Positions 42,247 to 52,649 of a stretch of 64,000 nt of DNA are shown here, piece after piece. Origin of the DNA: Thermostichus sp. DRC_bins_24 (lineage in GTDB: Bacteria > Cyanobacteriota > Cyanobacteriia > Thermostichales > Thermostichaceae); contig JAUQVK010000112.1 in the NCBI GenBank assembly GCA_039794845.1, forward strand, positions 11,121 to 75,120, written 5' to 3'. Under the pieces are notes generated by a model, which ran no database searches, was not told where the DNA came from, and saw only the letters and a program-made list of their open reading frames with translations. The position numbers were made by a program, and so were the translations under genes. Position 1 is the first letter of the stretch. Each line of letters starts with the position of its first letter.

Positions 42247-42279
42247 ATTCTACGAAGCTCAAATTAAGTGAGGTTTAAG
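42247..42279 (-). promoter_or_regulatory. Candidate SphR Pho box plus -10 element
   Basis: Minus strand CTTAAACC-tca-CTTAATTT (11-bp period, YTTAAYYW-like) followed by TAGAAT. Confidence 0.45.
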
Positions 42280-42749
42280 AGAAAGAGAAATTGTGGAGAA
42301 GGGATCCCCAAACACAACTATCCGCTCTCCCCTATGCCAAACGGAATCGCGGGCCGTAGAGAAGAGCGGTCTAGCGGGCCTTCAACTGGAACCTGACTGC
42401 CGGGAGGAACCCCAAGCGAGCAAGAACGTGAAGACTCTTCAGTAAACTGAAGGATCTGAGTTCAGATCGTCAGAGAACAGCCCCGGCGCACAGCCGGCTG
42501 ACCCCAACTTGATGACCCTTACAACTACTGCTATCTGGCATGGGCAAGAACCTCCCTTACTCGACGACACCCTGAGGCTAGCATAAATCCCTATCAGCGG
42601 TTCACTTCAGCCCTTCGCAGAGGTTGGTTTTGCCCGATATCGCTATCGCCCGATATCGCTGTCGGATGATGGCTAGGGTTTGTCTGGGAATACCCCTTTC
42701 CAGCAACAGCGTAGGATAGAGAAACGCCATTTAGCCTGCTCGAATCGCC

Positions 42750-45551
42750 GTGGACTACAAAAGCACCCTTAACCTGCCCCAAACTCAGTTTTCCATGCGG
42801 GCAGAGGCCGCCAAGAAAGAACCCGCCATTCAAGCCTTTTGGCAGGAAGAGCAGATTTATCAACGCCTTTCGGAAAACAACAGCGGGGATCCCTTTGTGC
42901 TGCACGATGGGCCGCCCTACGCCAATGGCGACATTCACATGGGCACCACCCTCAACAAGATCCTCAAGGATATTGTCAACAAGTATCAGATCCTGCGAGG
43001 ACGCAAGGTGCGCTACGTGCCCGGCTGGGACTGTCATGGCCTGCCGATCGAGCTGAAGGTGCTGCAAAGCCTGCCCGCCCAAGAGCGGGAAAGTCTCACC
43101 CCCCTGCAACTGCGGCAAAAGGCCAAAGCCTATGCCCTGGGCTACATCGATACCCAGCGCACCAGCTTCAAACGCTTGGGGGTATGGGGATCCTGGGATC
43201 GGCCGTACATGACCCTGAAACCCGAATACGAAGCCGCCCAGATCGAGGTGTTTGGGCAGATGGCCCTGAAGGGGTATATCTACCGTGGCCTCAAGCCGGT
43301 GCATTGGAGCCCCAGCTCCCAGACGGCCTTGGCCGAAGCAGAGTTGGAATATCCCGAGAATCACATCTCCCGCAGCATCTATGTGGCCTTTCCCCTGAAA
43401 AGCCTCAGCCCCTCAGCCCAAGCGGTTTTGGATCCCTTTCTGCCGGGTTTGCGGGTGGCCATTTGGACCACGACCCCCTGGACGATCCCGGCCAACTTGG
43501 CCCTCTGTTTTAGCCCCAAGCTCACCTATGCCGTGGTGGAATCCCCAACCTTTGGGCATCTCCTAATCGCGGCGGATCTACGGGGGCGGCTGGAAAAAGT
43601 CTTAGAAACCTCCCTTGAGGTAAAGGCGACCCTACCGGGCTCCGCCCTGGAATACTCCCAAGGGCAGCACCCCCTCTACGACCGCACCAGCCTCTGTGTC
43701 TTGGGAGAATACGTCACCACCGAATCGGGGACCGGCATTGTCCATACCGCCCCAGGACATGGGGAAGACGACTTCAAAACCGGCCAAAAATATGGCCTGC
43801 CCATCCTCAGCCCGGTGGATGATCAGGGAAAATTTACGGCTGAGGCGGGGGCCGATTTTGTCGGGTTGGATGTGCTCTCCAAAAAGCCGGAAACCAGTGG
43901 CAATGCCGCCGTGATCAAGGCTCTGCAGGCAGCCGGTGCCCTCCTCAAAGAAGAACCCTACAACCACAAATATCCCTACGACTGGCGCACCAAGGAGCCG
44001 ACGATTTTTCGGGCCACCGAGCAGTGGTTTGCCTCCGTTGCCGGATTCCGGGATCTGGCCCTGAAGGCGATCAAAGACGTGAAATGGATCCCGGCGATTG
44101 GCGAAAATCGCATCACCGCGATGGTGGCAGAACGTTCCGATTGGTGCATTTCCCGGCAACGGGCCTGGGGTGTGCCCATCCCCGTATTTTACGACGAAGA
44201 AACCGGGGATCCCTTGCTCACGGCCGAAACCATTGACCACATCAAAACCATTTTTGCCCAAGAGGGATCCGATGCTTGGTGGACTCACTCGGTGGAAGAC
44301 CTGCTGCCGGAAACCTACCGTCACAATGGCCGTACCTACCGCAAGGGCATGGACACAATGGATGTCTGGTTTGACTCCGGTTCTTCTTGGGCAGCGGTGG
44401 CCAAAGCACAGGGACTGGGCTATCCCGTGGATATGTATTTGGAGGGATCCGATCAACACCGGGGTTGGTTCCAATCCAGTTTGCTCACGTCCGTGGCGGT
44501 GAATGGTCATGCCCCCTACAAATCGGTGTTGACCCACGGATTTGTGCTGGATGAAAAAGGCCAGAAAATGAGCAAATCCCTGGGCAATGTGATTGACCCG
44601 ATGCTGTTGATCAACGGCGGAAAAAATCTGCAAACGGATCCCGCCTATGGGGCCGATGTGCTGCGGCTATGGGTTTCTAGTGTGGATTATTCCGGTGATG
44701 TGCCGCTGGGCAAAACCATTCTTGGCCAAATGGCGGATGTGTACCGCAAGATCCGCAATACTGCTCGGTTTTTATTGAGCAACCTCTATGATTTTGACCC
44801 GGCCCAGGATGCTCTGTCTTTTGCTGAACTGACGGAGTTGGATCGCTACATTCTCCACCGCCTGAAAGCGGTGGGATCCGAAATCACCGAGTCTTTTGAG
44901 AGTTACCAGTTCTACCGCTTTTTCCAAGCAATTCAGAATTTTTGCGTGGTGGATCTCTCCAATTTTTATTTGGATATCAGCAAGGACCGTCTGTATATTA
45001 GCCATGCCCAAAGTCCACGGCGGCGACAATGTCAAACGGTGCTGGCCATCCTGCTGGAAAATCTGGCCAAGGCAATTGCCCCCGTTCTGTCCCACATGGC
45101 CGAGGAAATTTGGATGCATCTTCCCTACCCCAAGCCCACCCCATCGGTGTTCGAAGCGGGCTGGATGAGCTTGCCCGAGACTTGGTCGGATCCCCAGTTG
45201 TCTGCCACCTGGGAGCAGTTGCGTTCTGTACGGCAAGAGGTGAACAAAGCCCTCGAGCAAGCCCGCACCGAAAAGCTGATCGGGGCGTCCACCGAAGCCA
45301 AGGTCATCCTTAAGGTGGGGGATCCCGGTCTTTACCGGATCCTGGAAGATCATGCTGCGGAGTTGCGTTACCTATTGATTACCTCACAGGTAGAAGTGGC
45401 CAAATCGACAGAGGGGTTGGAGATCATTGTTCAGCCTGCCGAGGGTAAAAAATGCGTGCGCTGCTGGAACCATTCCATTCATGTGGGCGAATCCGCCGAG
45501 CATCCAGAATTGTGTGAGCGCTGTGTGGCGGCTTTAGCAGGAACCTTTTGA
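42750..45551 (+). CDS. ileS: Isoleucine-tRNA ligase
   Basis: PPYANGDIHMG (HIGH variant), KMSKS and C-terminal CVRC..CERC. Confidence 0.97.
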   Translation: MDYKSTLNLPQTQFSMRAEAAKKEPAIQAFWQEEQIYQRLSENNSGDPFVLHDGPPYANGDIHMGTTLNKILKDIVNKYQILRGRKVRYVPGWDCHGLPIELKVLQSLPAQERESLTPLQLRQKAKAYALGYIDTQRTSFKRLGVWGSWDRPYMTLKPEYEAAQIEVFGQMALKGYIYRGLKPVHWSPSSQTALAEAELEYPENHISRSIYVAFPLKSLSPSAQAVLDPFLPGLRVAIWTTTPWTIPANLALCFSPKLTYAVVESPTFGHLLIAADLRGRLEKVLETSLEVKATLPGSALEYSQGQHPLYDRTSLCVLGEYVTTESGTGIVHTAPGHGEDDFKTGQKYGLPILSPVDDQGKFTAEAGADFVGLDVLSKKPETSGNAAVIKALQAAGALLKEEPYNHKYPYDWRTKEPTIFRATEQWFASVAGFRDLALKAIKDVKWIPAIGENRITAMVAERSDWCISRQRAWGVPIPVFYDEETGDPLLTAETIDHIKTIFAQEGSDAWWTHSVEDLLPETYRHNGRTYRKGMDTMDVWFDSGSSWAAVAKAQGLGYPVDMYLEGSDQHRGWFQSSLLTSVAVNGHAPYKSVLTHGFVLDEKGQKMSKSLGNVIDPMLLINGGKNLQTDPAYGADVLRLWVSSVDYSGDVPLGKTILGQMADVYRKIRNTARFLLSNLYDFDPAQDALSFAELTELDRYILHRLKAVGSEITESFESYQFYRFFQAIQNFCVVDLSNFYLDISKDRLYISHAQSPRRRQCQTVLAILLENLAKAIAPVLSHMAEEIWMHLPYPKPTPSVFEAGWMSLPETWSDPQLSATWEQLRSVRQEVNKALEQARTEKLIGASTEAKVILKVGDPGLYRILEDHAAELRYLLITSQVEVAKSTEGLEIIVQPAEGKKCVRCWNHSIHVGESAEHPELCERCVAALAGTF

Positions 45552-45808
45552 GTATTTGGCCAACTCAGGCAGATAGGGTTACAACCCCTCACCTAGCCGT
45601 TGCAAATGGATTCTGGAGGAGTCTCACCGGATGATTGATTGCTGCGGGCATTCTCCGGAATCGGCCACCGGGAGATGCCAGCAGAGGAAGCAGGCTGCTG
45701 TCAGCACCTCAGGCAATGCACGAAATCTAGCACGCAGCAGACCCCTCCACCCCAAAGATGGCCTTGGGGATCCCATCCTAAATCTGAATTCAAAATCAAT
45801 GGGATCCG

Positions 45809-46033
45809 CTATTGCCCCTGCTGCTCTATGGCACGGCGCAATTCACTGGCCATGTCCATAAACTCTCGCGGATTACCCGCAGTGCCATAGGAGGAGCGAT
45901 CTTGAACCTTCTTGCCGCTGCCTTGGCGGGTACGGCTGTTGAACAAGGAACTGGCCATGTCCAGGAACTTAGCGGGATTTCCCTCGCTGCTGGCCCGCGT
46001 TGAGGAGCCCCGTCCGGCACGAGTGATAGCCAT
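45809..46033 (-). CDS. Candidate 74-aa protein with a duplicated motif
   Basis: GNPAKFLDMASSL and GNPREFMDMASEL; DNA differences between the two copies include synonymous changes. Confidence 0.6.
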   Translation of the reverse strand: MAITRAGRGSSTRASSEGNPAKFLDMASSLFNSRTRQGSGKKVQDRSSYGTAGNPREFMDMASELRRAIEQQGQ

Positions 46034-46140
46034 AACTGTCGCGATTCTCAGAAATGAAATGCTTGTTCACATCATCCCACAAGGGATCGGCGATCAACCA
46101 GGGCAAATGCTGCATCTTGTTAAGCCGCCCCAAGGTGAGG

Positions 46141-46959
46141 TCAGCGGGTTGTGGTCTTCTCTTGGGTGAAGCGATGGGTCAGCCAAATGGGGAGCACCGT
46201 CAGGGCAATCACTCCCAAAGCCACCACGTTGATCACCGGGCGCTGTCGGGGCTTGGTCAATTGGCTAAACACCCAAATCGGCAAGGTTTGCTGTTGTCCG
46301 GCCGTGAAGGTGGTGACGATGATCTCATCAAAAGACAGGGCAAACGCCAGCAGGGATCCCGCCAATAGAGCTGTGGCCAGCTCAGGCAAAAGAATGTGCC
46401 GAAAAGTTTGCAGAGGATTGGCCCCCAGATCCGCAGAGGCTTCCAGTTGCGAACGTCCCATGCGGCGAAACCGGGCCAGCACGTTGTTGTACACCACCAC
46501 CAAGCAGAAGGTGGCATGGCCGATGACAATTGTCCAAAAGCTAAAGGGGATGTGGAGCAAATTCACCGCCGAACGCAAGGCGATCCCGGAGACAATGCCC
46601 GGCAAGGCAATGGGCAGCAACACCAAAAAGGAGATCGTCTCACGGCCAAAAAATCGACTGCGATAGACCGCCGCCGCCGCCAGGGATCCCAGCACCACGG
46701 CCACCCCCGTCGCCACCAAAGCCACCCGCAACGACAAAAACAAGGCCCGCCAAATATCCGCCCGTCCCCACGCCACCCCAAACCAATGCCACGTCAGCCC
46801 CGGTAACGGAAAGCGCAAGGTCGCCTCATCGGAGGAAAATGCATAGAGAATGATCACCAACAAGGGCAAATGGAGAAAGAGCAGCACCCCCAGCGAGAGG
46901 ATGATCCAAGGCCACCGGCTGACGGGAAGAACCAAACGGGGGAAAGAGCGAAACAGCAT
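46141..46959 (-). CDS. ABC transporter permease (PotC-like)
   Basis: Six TM segments, [11 protein letters not shown] loop, LSFDEI. Confidence 0.88.
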   Translation of the reverse strand: MLFRSFPRLVLPVSRWPWIILSLGVLLFLHLPLLVIILYAFSSDEATLRFPLPGLTWHWFGVAWGRADIWRALFLSLRVALVATGVAVVLGSLAAAAVYRSRFFGRETISFLVLLPIALPGIVSGIALRSAVNLLHIPFSFWTIVIGHATFCLVVVYNNVLARFRRMGRSQLEASADLGANPLQTFRHILLPELATALLAGSLLAFALSFDEIIVTTFTAGQQQTLPIWVFSQLTKPRQRPVINVVALGVIALTVLPIWLTHRFTQEKTTTR

Positions 46960-46982
46960 GGGGGTTAGTCTACAAATAATCC

Positions 46983-47510
46983 TCAAAAATAGCCGGCATT
47001 TTTCAGGCTTTGCATCACCAAGTCAATACATTCCGGGATGCTTTGTTCTGCCGTTTTACACACTACTTCAGGATATTCCGGGGGCTCGTAAGGATCGTCA
47101 ATGCCGGTGAAATGCTGAATTAAACCCGCCCGCGCCTTTTGATATAGGCCCTTCACATCCCGACGTTCGCATACCTCAAGAGGGGCATCCACAAAGACTT
47201 CGATAAAGTTGCCAATGTGCTGCCGTACCTCCTGCCGCACCGCCCGATAGGGGGAAATGGCCGATACCAACACGATCACCCCCTGCCGAGTCAGAAGACC
47301 CGCCACAAACCCAATGCGGCGAATGTTCTCGTCCCGATCCGTCTTGCTAAAGCCCAGCCCTTTGGTGAGGTGTTGCCGCACCACATCCCCGTCTAGCACC
47401 TCCACAGGCAGCCCCCAAGCCCGTAGCTGTTGGGCCACTCCTTGACTGAGGGTGGTTTTGCCCGCTCCGCTTAGCCCCGTAAACCAAACCGTTACCCCCC
47501 GCCGCGACAT
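46983..47510 (-). CDS. cysC: Adenylyl-sulfate kinase
   Basis: [29 protein letters not shown]. Confidence 0.96.
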   Translation of the reverse strand: MSRRGVTVWFTGLSGAGKTTLSQGVAQQLRAWGLPVEVLDGDVVRQHLTKGLGFSKTDRDENIRRIGFVAGLLTRQGVIVLVSAISPYRAVRQEVRQHIGNFIEVFVDAPLEVCERRDVKGLYQKARAGLIQHFTGIDDPYEPPEYPEVVCKTAEQSIPECIDLVMQSLKNAGYF

Positions 47511-47600
47511 CCGTTGGATCCCTTACCCTTTGGCCTCGCCAGAATATCATCTCCAAAAGCGCGGTGATACACTCGAAGGATTGCGCATCCTACCCAAGCC

Positions 47601-48851
47601 ATGTCACCCCTGACTTCCACTCTTGTTGATGCCACCACGGGATCCCCGACCACCGCTGAGCTGTTTGCCGACCATGTGATGTCCACCTATGGGCGCTATC
47701 CCCTGACGTTGGTGCGGGGGCAGGGCTGTCGTGTTTGGGATGAAGAAGGGCGCGAGTATCTGGATTTTGTCGCTGGCATTGCCACCTGCACCCTGGGCCA
47801 TGCCCACCCGGTTTGGATTCAGGCCCTTACCGAACAGGCGCAACGGCTCCACCACGTTTCCAACCTCTACTACAACCTGCCGCAGGCGCAACTGGCCCAA
47901 TGGCTGACCCAGCACTCTTGTGCCGATAAAGTCTTTTTCTGCAACTCTGGGGCGGAGGCCAATGAAGGAGCCCTCAAACTGGCTCGCAAGTATGCCCATA
48001 CGGTGCGTGGGATCCCAGATCCGGTGATTCTCACCGCCCATGCCAGCTTTCATGGCCGGACCCTAGCTACCGTCACCGCCACCGGCCAGCCGAAATACCA
48101 AAAAGACTTTGCCCCCTTGGTGCCTGGTTTTGCCTATGTTCCCTACAACGATATCGAGGGCACCGAAGCGGTTTTGAACCAGTTTGGCGAGCGAGTTTGT
48201 GCGGTGTTGCTGGAGCCTTTGCAGGGGGAAGGGGGGGTTTTGCCGGGGGAGCCCGCCTATTTTCAGTGGTTGCGCCAGGTTTGTACGCAGCGGGGCATTT
48301 TGCTGATTTTGGATGAAGTGCAGGTGGGCATGGGCCGTACCGGTAGGCTCTGGGGCCACTGCAACCTGGGGGTGGAGCCGGATATATTCACCTTGGCCAA
48401 GGGCTTGGCCGGTGGGATCCCCATCGGGGCGCTGTTGGCGAAAGACTTTTGTGCCGTGTTTCAGCCGGGGGATCATGCCAGTACCTTTGGGGGCAACCCC
48501 CTGGCTTGTGCGGTGGGGCTGGCGGTCTGCCGCACCTTGATGTTGGAAAGTTTGGTCTGGAATGCCCAGCAGACGGGGGCTTATTTGCACCAAGGCTTAT
48601 CTCGACTGGCGGAACAGTTCCCGCAGGTGATCCAGCAGGTGCGGGGTTGGGGCTTGATCCAGGGGTTGGTGGTGCGGATCCCGGCAGCCGAAGTGGTCAA
48701 AGCTGCCATGGCCTCCGGGTTGTTGTTGGTGCCAGCGGGGCCCCAGGTGGTGCGGTTTGTGCCGCCGTTGATCGTCACCCCTGCGGAAATTGACCGGGCT
48801 CTGGCGATGTTGGAGACGGCTTTGCAGAGTTTGGCTGCTCAGGGATCCTAA
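47601..48851 (+). CDS. argD: Acetylornithine aminotransferase
   Basis: NSGAEANE, FHGRT, DEVQVGMGRTG, TLAKGLAGG, HASTFGGNP. Confidence 0.93.
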   Translation: MSPLTSTLVDATTGSPTTAELFADHVMSTYGRYPLTLVRGQGCRVWDEEGREYLDFVAGIATCTLGHAHPVWIQALTEQAQRLHHVSNLYYNLPQAQLAQWLTQHSCADKVFFCNSGAEANEGALKLARKYAHTVRGIPDPVILTAHASFHGRTLATVTATGQPKYQKDFAPLVPGFAYVPYNDIEGTEAVLNQFGERVCAVLLEPLQGEGGVLPGEPAYFQWLRQVCTQRGILLILDEVQVGMGRTGRLWGHCNLGVEPDIFTLAKGLAGGIPIGALLAKDFCAVFQPGDHASTFGGNPLACAVGLAVCRTLMLESLVWNAQQTGAYLHQGLSRLAEQFPQVIQQVRGWGLIQGLVVRIPAAEVVKAAMASGLLLVPAGPQVVRFVPPLIVTPAEIDRALAMLETALQSLAAQGS

Positions 48852-48853
48852 TC

Positions 48854-49330
48854 CTAAGCGGGCCGTTCCCAGGCTTGCCGCAAAAACTCCTGTAACCGTT
48901 GCCGGGCAGTGGGTTCGTTGGGTTCAGGATCCCTTGCCTGTTCCAGCAGGGGCAGCAGATCCTCGGCATAGGCGGGGACAAATCCGGCGGCGGGCCAGAG
49001 CAAATCGGAGGTGGCCTGTAGGCTCAACACCCGGGATCCCTGCTTGAGCAGGAGAGGCCGTACCCAGAGCAGGGTTGTGGATTCTGCCGGAGCAGGAGAG
49101 TCTGGGCCGAGACTGTGGAGGGAAGTCTGAATCAGCTCCACGTACAGGGTGGCTTGCGGCCCTTGCAGGGTGAGGATGGGGCGGGGCGGCGGCGTGGGGT
49201 TGACTTCCACCGAATCGGGCAAAGGGCGACCCTCCAAGTGAAAAACCGAATCAACAGCCTCACCAGAACCACATTTGGCAGGCAGACGGGGGAACAAGGT
49301 CATGCAGAAGTTCAGCTCAAGGTTACGCAA
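48854..49330 (-). CDS. Conserved cyanobacterial hypothetical protein
   Basis: LYVELIQ..LLWVRPL..SDLLWP..ARQRLQEFL pattern; fills the gap between convergent and divergent neighbours. Confidence 0.6.
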   Translation of the reverse strand: MRNLELNFCMTLFPRLPAKCGSGEAVDSVFHLEGRPLPDSVEVNPTPPPRPILTLQGPQATLYVELIQTSLHSLGPDSPAPAESTTLLWVRPLLLKQGSRVLSLQATSDLLWPAAGFVPAYAEDLLPLLEQARDPEPNEPTARQRLQEFLRQAWERPA

Positions 49331-49469
49331 ACTCTTTTTATCGTAACGGAAGGGATCTTCCGTCTGGGTGAGGAGGTGGGATCCCCAGGCAGCAGCGCGA
49401 TTCCGTCCATCGCAGACATTTCGTGAACTCCATTTTGTGGCATGGTGCTAAGTAACGATCCCTCGGAAT

Positions 49470-50333
49470 TTGACTGATCCTGCCATGATGCACACTTTTG
49501 TCCCGCCCCACCGCTTTTTCCCCTACTTGACCTGGACCGAGATCCAGGCCATGCCCGACAAAGAGAATGTGGTGATCATTCAGCCGGTTGCCTCGATTGA
49601 ACAGCATGGGCCACATCTGCCGCTGGTGGTGGATTCCTCGATTGGCACAGCCATCATCGGACGCGCCATGGAAAAGTTGGATCCCGAGATTCCCGCCTAT
49701 GTTTTGCCCACCCAGTGCTATGGCAAAGCCAACGAACACTGGCATTTTCCTGGCACCATCGCCCTCACAGCCCAAACCCTGATGGCGGTGCTTACAGAAG
49801 TGGCTGAAAGCGTTTACCGAGCCGGATTCCGCAAGCTGGTGTTCCTCAACTCCCACGGCGGCCAACCGCAGGTGCTGGAGATCGTCGCCCGCGATGTTCA
49901 TCAAAAGTACGAAGATTTCATGCTCTTCCCGGTGTCGGCCTGGCGCGTTCCCCACGAGGGGCGGGATCTGTTTACCGAGAAAGAACGGGAATTTGGTATT
50001 CATGCGGGCGATGGCGAAACCAGCATCCTGATGCACATCCTGCCCGACACGGTGCGAACCGACAAACTGGTGTGCGAGTATCCCCACGACCTGCCGGAGA
50101 ATAGCCTGCTGAGCATGGAAGGAGCGATCCCCTTTGCGTGGGTAACCCGCGATCTCACCCAGAGTGGGGTCTTGGGCGATGCCACCGCCGCCACACCGGA
50201 AAAAGGCAAGCTGCTGGTGGAGTCGATGTCGGATGGCTGGGTGCGGCTGATCAAGGATCTGCACAAGTTCCAACAGCCCAAGGCTTGGCGAAAATCTGTG
50301 CCCAGCGTTGCCCCGGTGCCCAGCTTGGCTTAG
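49470..50333 (+). CDS. Creatininase-family amidohydrolase
   Basis: SIEQHGPHLPL..DS, NSHGGQ, HAGDGETS. Confidence 0.9.
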   Translation: MTDPAMMHTFVPPHRFFPYLTWTEIQAMPDKENVVIIQPVASIEQHGPHLPLVVDSSIGTAIIGRAMEKLDPEIPAYVLPTQCYGKANEHWHFPGTIALTAQTLMAVLTEVAESVYRAGFRKLVFLNSHGGQPQVLEIVARDVHQKYEDFMLFPVSAWRVPHEGRDLFTEKEREFGIHAGDGETSILMHILPDTVRTDKLVCEYPHDLPENSLLSMEGAIPFAWVTRDLTQSGVLGDATAATPEKGKLLVESMSDGWVRLIKDLHKFQQPKAWRKSVPSVAPVPSLA

Positions 50334-50347
50334 GGCTTAGGGATCCC

Positions 50348-52462
50348 TTACAGGCGCTGGCTTACCAAGGTACGTCCCTCTTGGGTGTAGAGCTGCCAGT
50401 AGTTCCAATAGTTACCGAACACAGACTTAACGTAACCACGGGTTTCGGCAAAGGGGATCTGCTCCACAAACAGATCCGGATCCGTCAGGCCGTATCGGTT
50501 AAGCCAGCGGGCCACATTGCCCGGGCCACCGTTGTAGCTGGCTAAAGCCAGCAGGGTGTTGTCCTGGTAGGTACGGTGGGTATAGTCCAGATACCAGGAT
50601 CCCAAGTAGAGGTTATCGGCGGGGTTGGTGAGGCTGTACTGAGTCAAGCCAATCTGTTGAGCAATCCACTGTCCGGTGGCGGGCATTACCTGCATCAAGC
50701 CTAGAGCCCCTGACACCGAAACGATCTCCGGCTCAAAGCGCGATTCCTGCCGAATTAAAGCGGCCACCATGAGCGGGTTGAGGTTGAACTGCCGCGACCA
50801 ACGGGCCATACCCGACCGGCTGTAGGGATCCTCGTTCCAGGTATTATCTGGGCTGGCATAGTAGTGCAGCGGGTAAATGGCCTGCCAGAAATCCTGTCGC
50901 TGCCTAAGGGTGGCCAAAAGGGGATCCGGATCCTCGCTAAAGCGCAGAGCCGCCACTTGGTTAATGCCCCGCAGATGATCCCCAGCCTTGTTGCGCAGAA
51001 TGCCCGTAACAAAGCGCTCTTGGATGCTCATCTGTTGAGGAGCCCGCTGCACAGGGGTCTCCCCTTGCCAGCGTTCCCAGGCCAGTTGCCTGGCCCCGAT
51101 CAGGTGCAGGGTTTGAGTGGCATCGGAAACCCCCGGGAGCGGTAGGCGCACCGGCTGAAAATCCACCTCCACTCGTTTGCGGCCACTGCCAAAATCTCCC
51201 ACGGGCCAACCCAGCTGTACCGCCGACCGCCAGCCGTAGTAGGTGTGGGGAAACTGGTTGAGCACCGACTGATAGGTTTGGCGGGCGGCGGCGGTATCCC
51301 CCAGTTGTTCCCGCCACTTGCCCGCCCAGTAGAGCAGTTGGGCCCCCATTTCCGTATCCCGCTGGCGGGATCCCACCTGTTGGGCAATGGCGATGGCTGG
51401 GCTGAGGTTACCCGCTTGGGCTTGGTTCCAAGCCATTGTCCAGGCGGCGTTGGCAGCAGCTTCGCTGTGGGGAAAGCGCTCCCAGAGGGCTTGCCGGGTG
51501 GCTTGGGCGGATTGGGGGCTGGCGTTGCGGTCGTACAGTTGGCTGAGGCTGAGCAGGGCTTCTGGAGCCTCTTTATCCGAGCCGGATCCCACTTGTTTGA
51601 GCAATTCAATCGCCGTGGGTAGGTCGCTCAGATCCGCCAGGCGGCGACGGGTCAGGGAGGCATCCGGCCCATCGGGAAATTGCGCCAACAGGGCTTGGTA
51701 GGCAGCTACTGCCTGAGGGAACTCTCGCGAGATCTGGTGGCTACGACCCCAACGGTAAAGATTCTGGGAAGTCGCCGGGGCACGACCATAGGCACGGGCG
51801 GCCTTGCCGTACTCCCGTTGCTCCCAGTAGGCGTCGGCGATGATCTGCCAATCTGCCGCCGAGAGAGAGGCCTCTTGGGCTTGTCGCCAGCGATCCAACA
51901 GAGGGGTTAAGCCAGATGTTTGGGGATGGTGTTGAGCCAGATCCCGCAGCAGGTCGAAGCGTTCGGGACTAAGGCCCAGCAAATGCTTGAGCGCACGTCC
52001 GGTCACCGGGTGGGTGGGAAATTGTTGCCGCAGCCGATCAACCTTGCCCATACCCCAGAGGGCGTAGGCGGCGACCGGGCTGGTGGGGTACTGTTCCAGG
52101 ATCTTGGGCCACCAAACTCCTCGGGCGGTTTCCTTGTCCTGTAACTGCTCGTAGGCTTGTGCCCGCAGCTTCCAAATCTCATCCGTCAAGACCGGCAGAC
52201 TGTCTTCCAACCCTTGCAAGTAACGCAGGGCCGACTCGGCTTGGCCTGCTTGTAGGGCGGCATAGGCTTGCAAAAAGGCAGCAGTAGATGTTTGGGGCAG
52301 TTGCGTCGGGTCTAGTCCCTCAATCGTAGAAGCCACTTCTACGGTTTCTGCTTGAGACAGAGCACCGGATCCCCATAGCGCCCCCCCCAAAGCTGCACCC
52401 AACATCAGGACTCCGGTTACCATCCCTGTCCAGAGTCGGTTGTTGTTCGACGGGATCCCCAT
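50348..52462 (-). CDS. Soluble lytic transglycosylase (Slt) with TPR repeats
   Basis: IRQESRF, GALGLMQVMP and ALASYNGGPG motifs after TPR-like helices. Confidence 0.92.
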   Translation of the reverse strand: MGIPSNNNRLWTGMVTGVLMLGAALGGALWGSGALSQAETVEVASTIEGLDPTQLPQTSTAAFLQAYAALQAGQAESALRYLQGLEDSLPVLTDEIWKLRAQAYEQLQDKETARGVWWPKILEQYPTSPVAAYALWGMGKVDRLRQQFPTHPVTGRALKHLLGLSPERFDLLRDLAQHHPQTSGLTPLLDRWRQAQEASLSAADWQIIADAYWEQREYGKAARAYGRAPATSQNLYRWGRSHQISREFPQAVAAYQALLAQFPDGPDASLTRRRLADLSDLPTAIELLKQVGSGSDKEAPEALLSLSQLYDRNASPQSAQATRQALWERFPHSEAAANAAWTMAWNQAQAGNLSPAIAIAQQVGSRQRDTEMGAQLLYWAGKWREQLGDTAAARQTYQSVLNQFPHTYYGWRSAVQLGWPVGDFGSGRKRVEVDFQPVRLPLPGVSDATQTLHLIGARQLAWERWQGETPVQRAPQQMSIQERFVTGILRNKAGDHLRGINQVAALRFSEDPDPLLATLRQRQDFWQAIYPLHYYASPDNTWNEDPYSRSGMARWSRQFNLNPLMVAALIRQESRFEPEIVSVSGALGLMQVMPATGQWIAQQIGLTQYSLTNPADNLYLGSWYLDYTHRTYQDNTLLALASYNGGPGNVARWLNRYGLTDPDLFVEQIPFAETRGYVKSVFGNYWNYWQLYTQEGRTLVSQRL

Positions 52463-52649
52463 GTTCTTCTCCCCACAAAGTCTTCGACTAAGATACTCAA
52501 CCTCGGAGAATAGTGATCTACGAAAAGGCGCTCTCTAGACAACACTCTCCGGTATCCCCATTGTTCACAGATTTCTGACAGGAGTTCTGGACAGTTACGC
52601 TGTTGCAGACTACTGTGGAGGCAATTTACGTTTACACAAAGCGTGTGGG

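Noticed and set aside
45660-45710. GAGGAAGCAG resembling SRP RNA domain IV
   Set aside because: Lacks the CAGG-GNRA stem context of SRP RNA.
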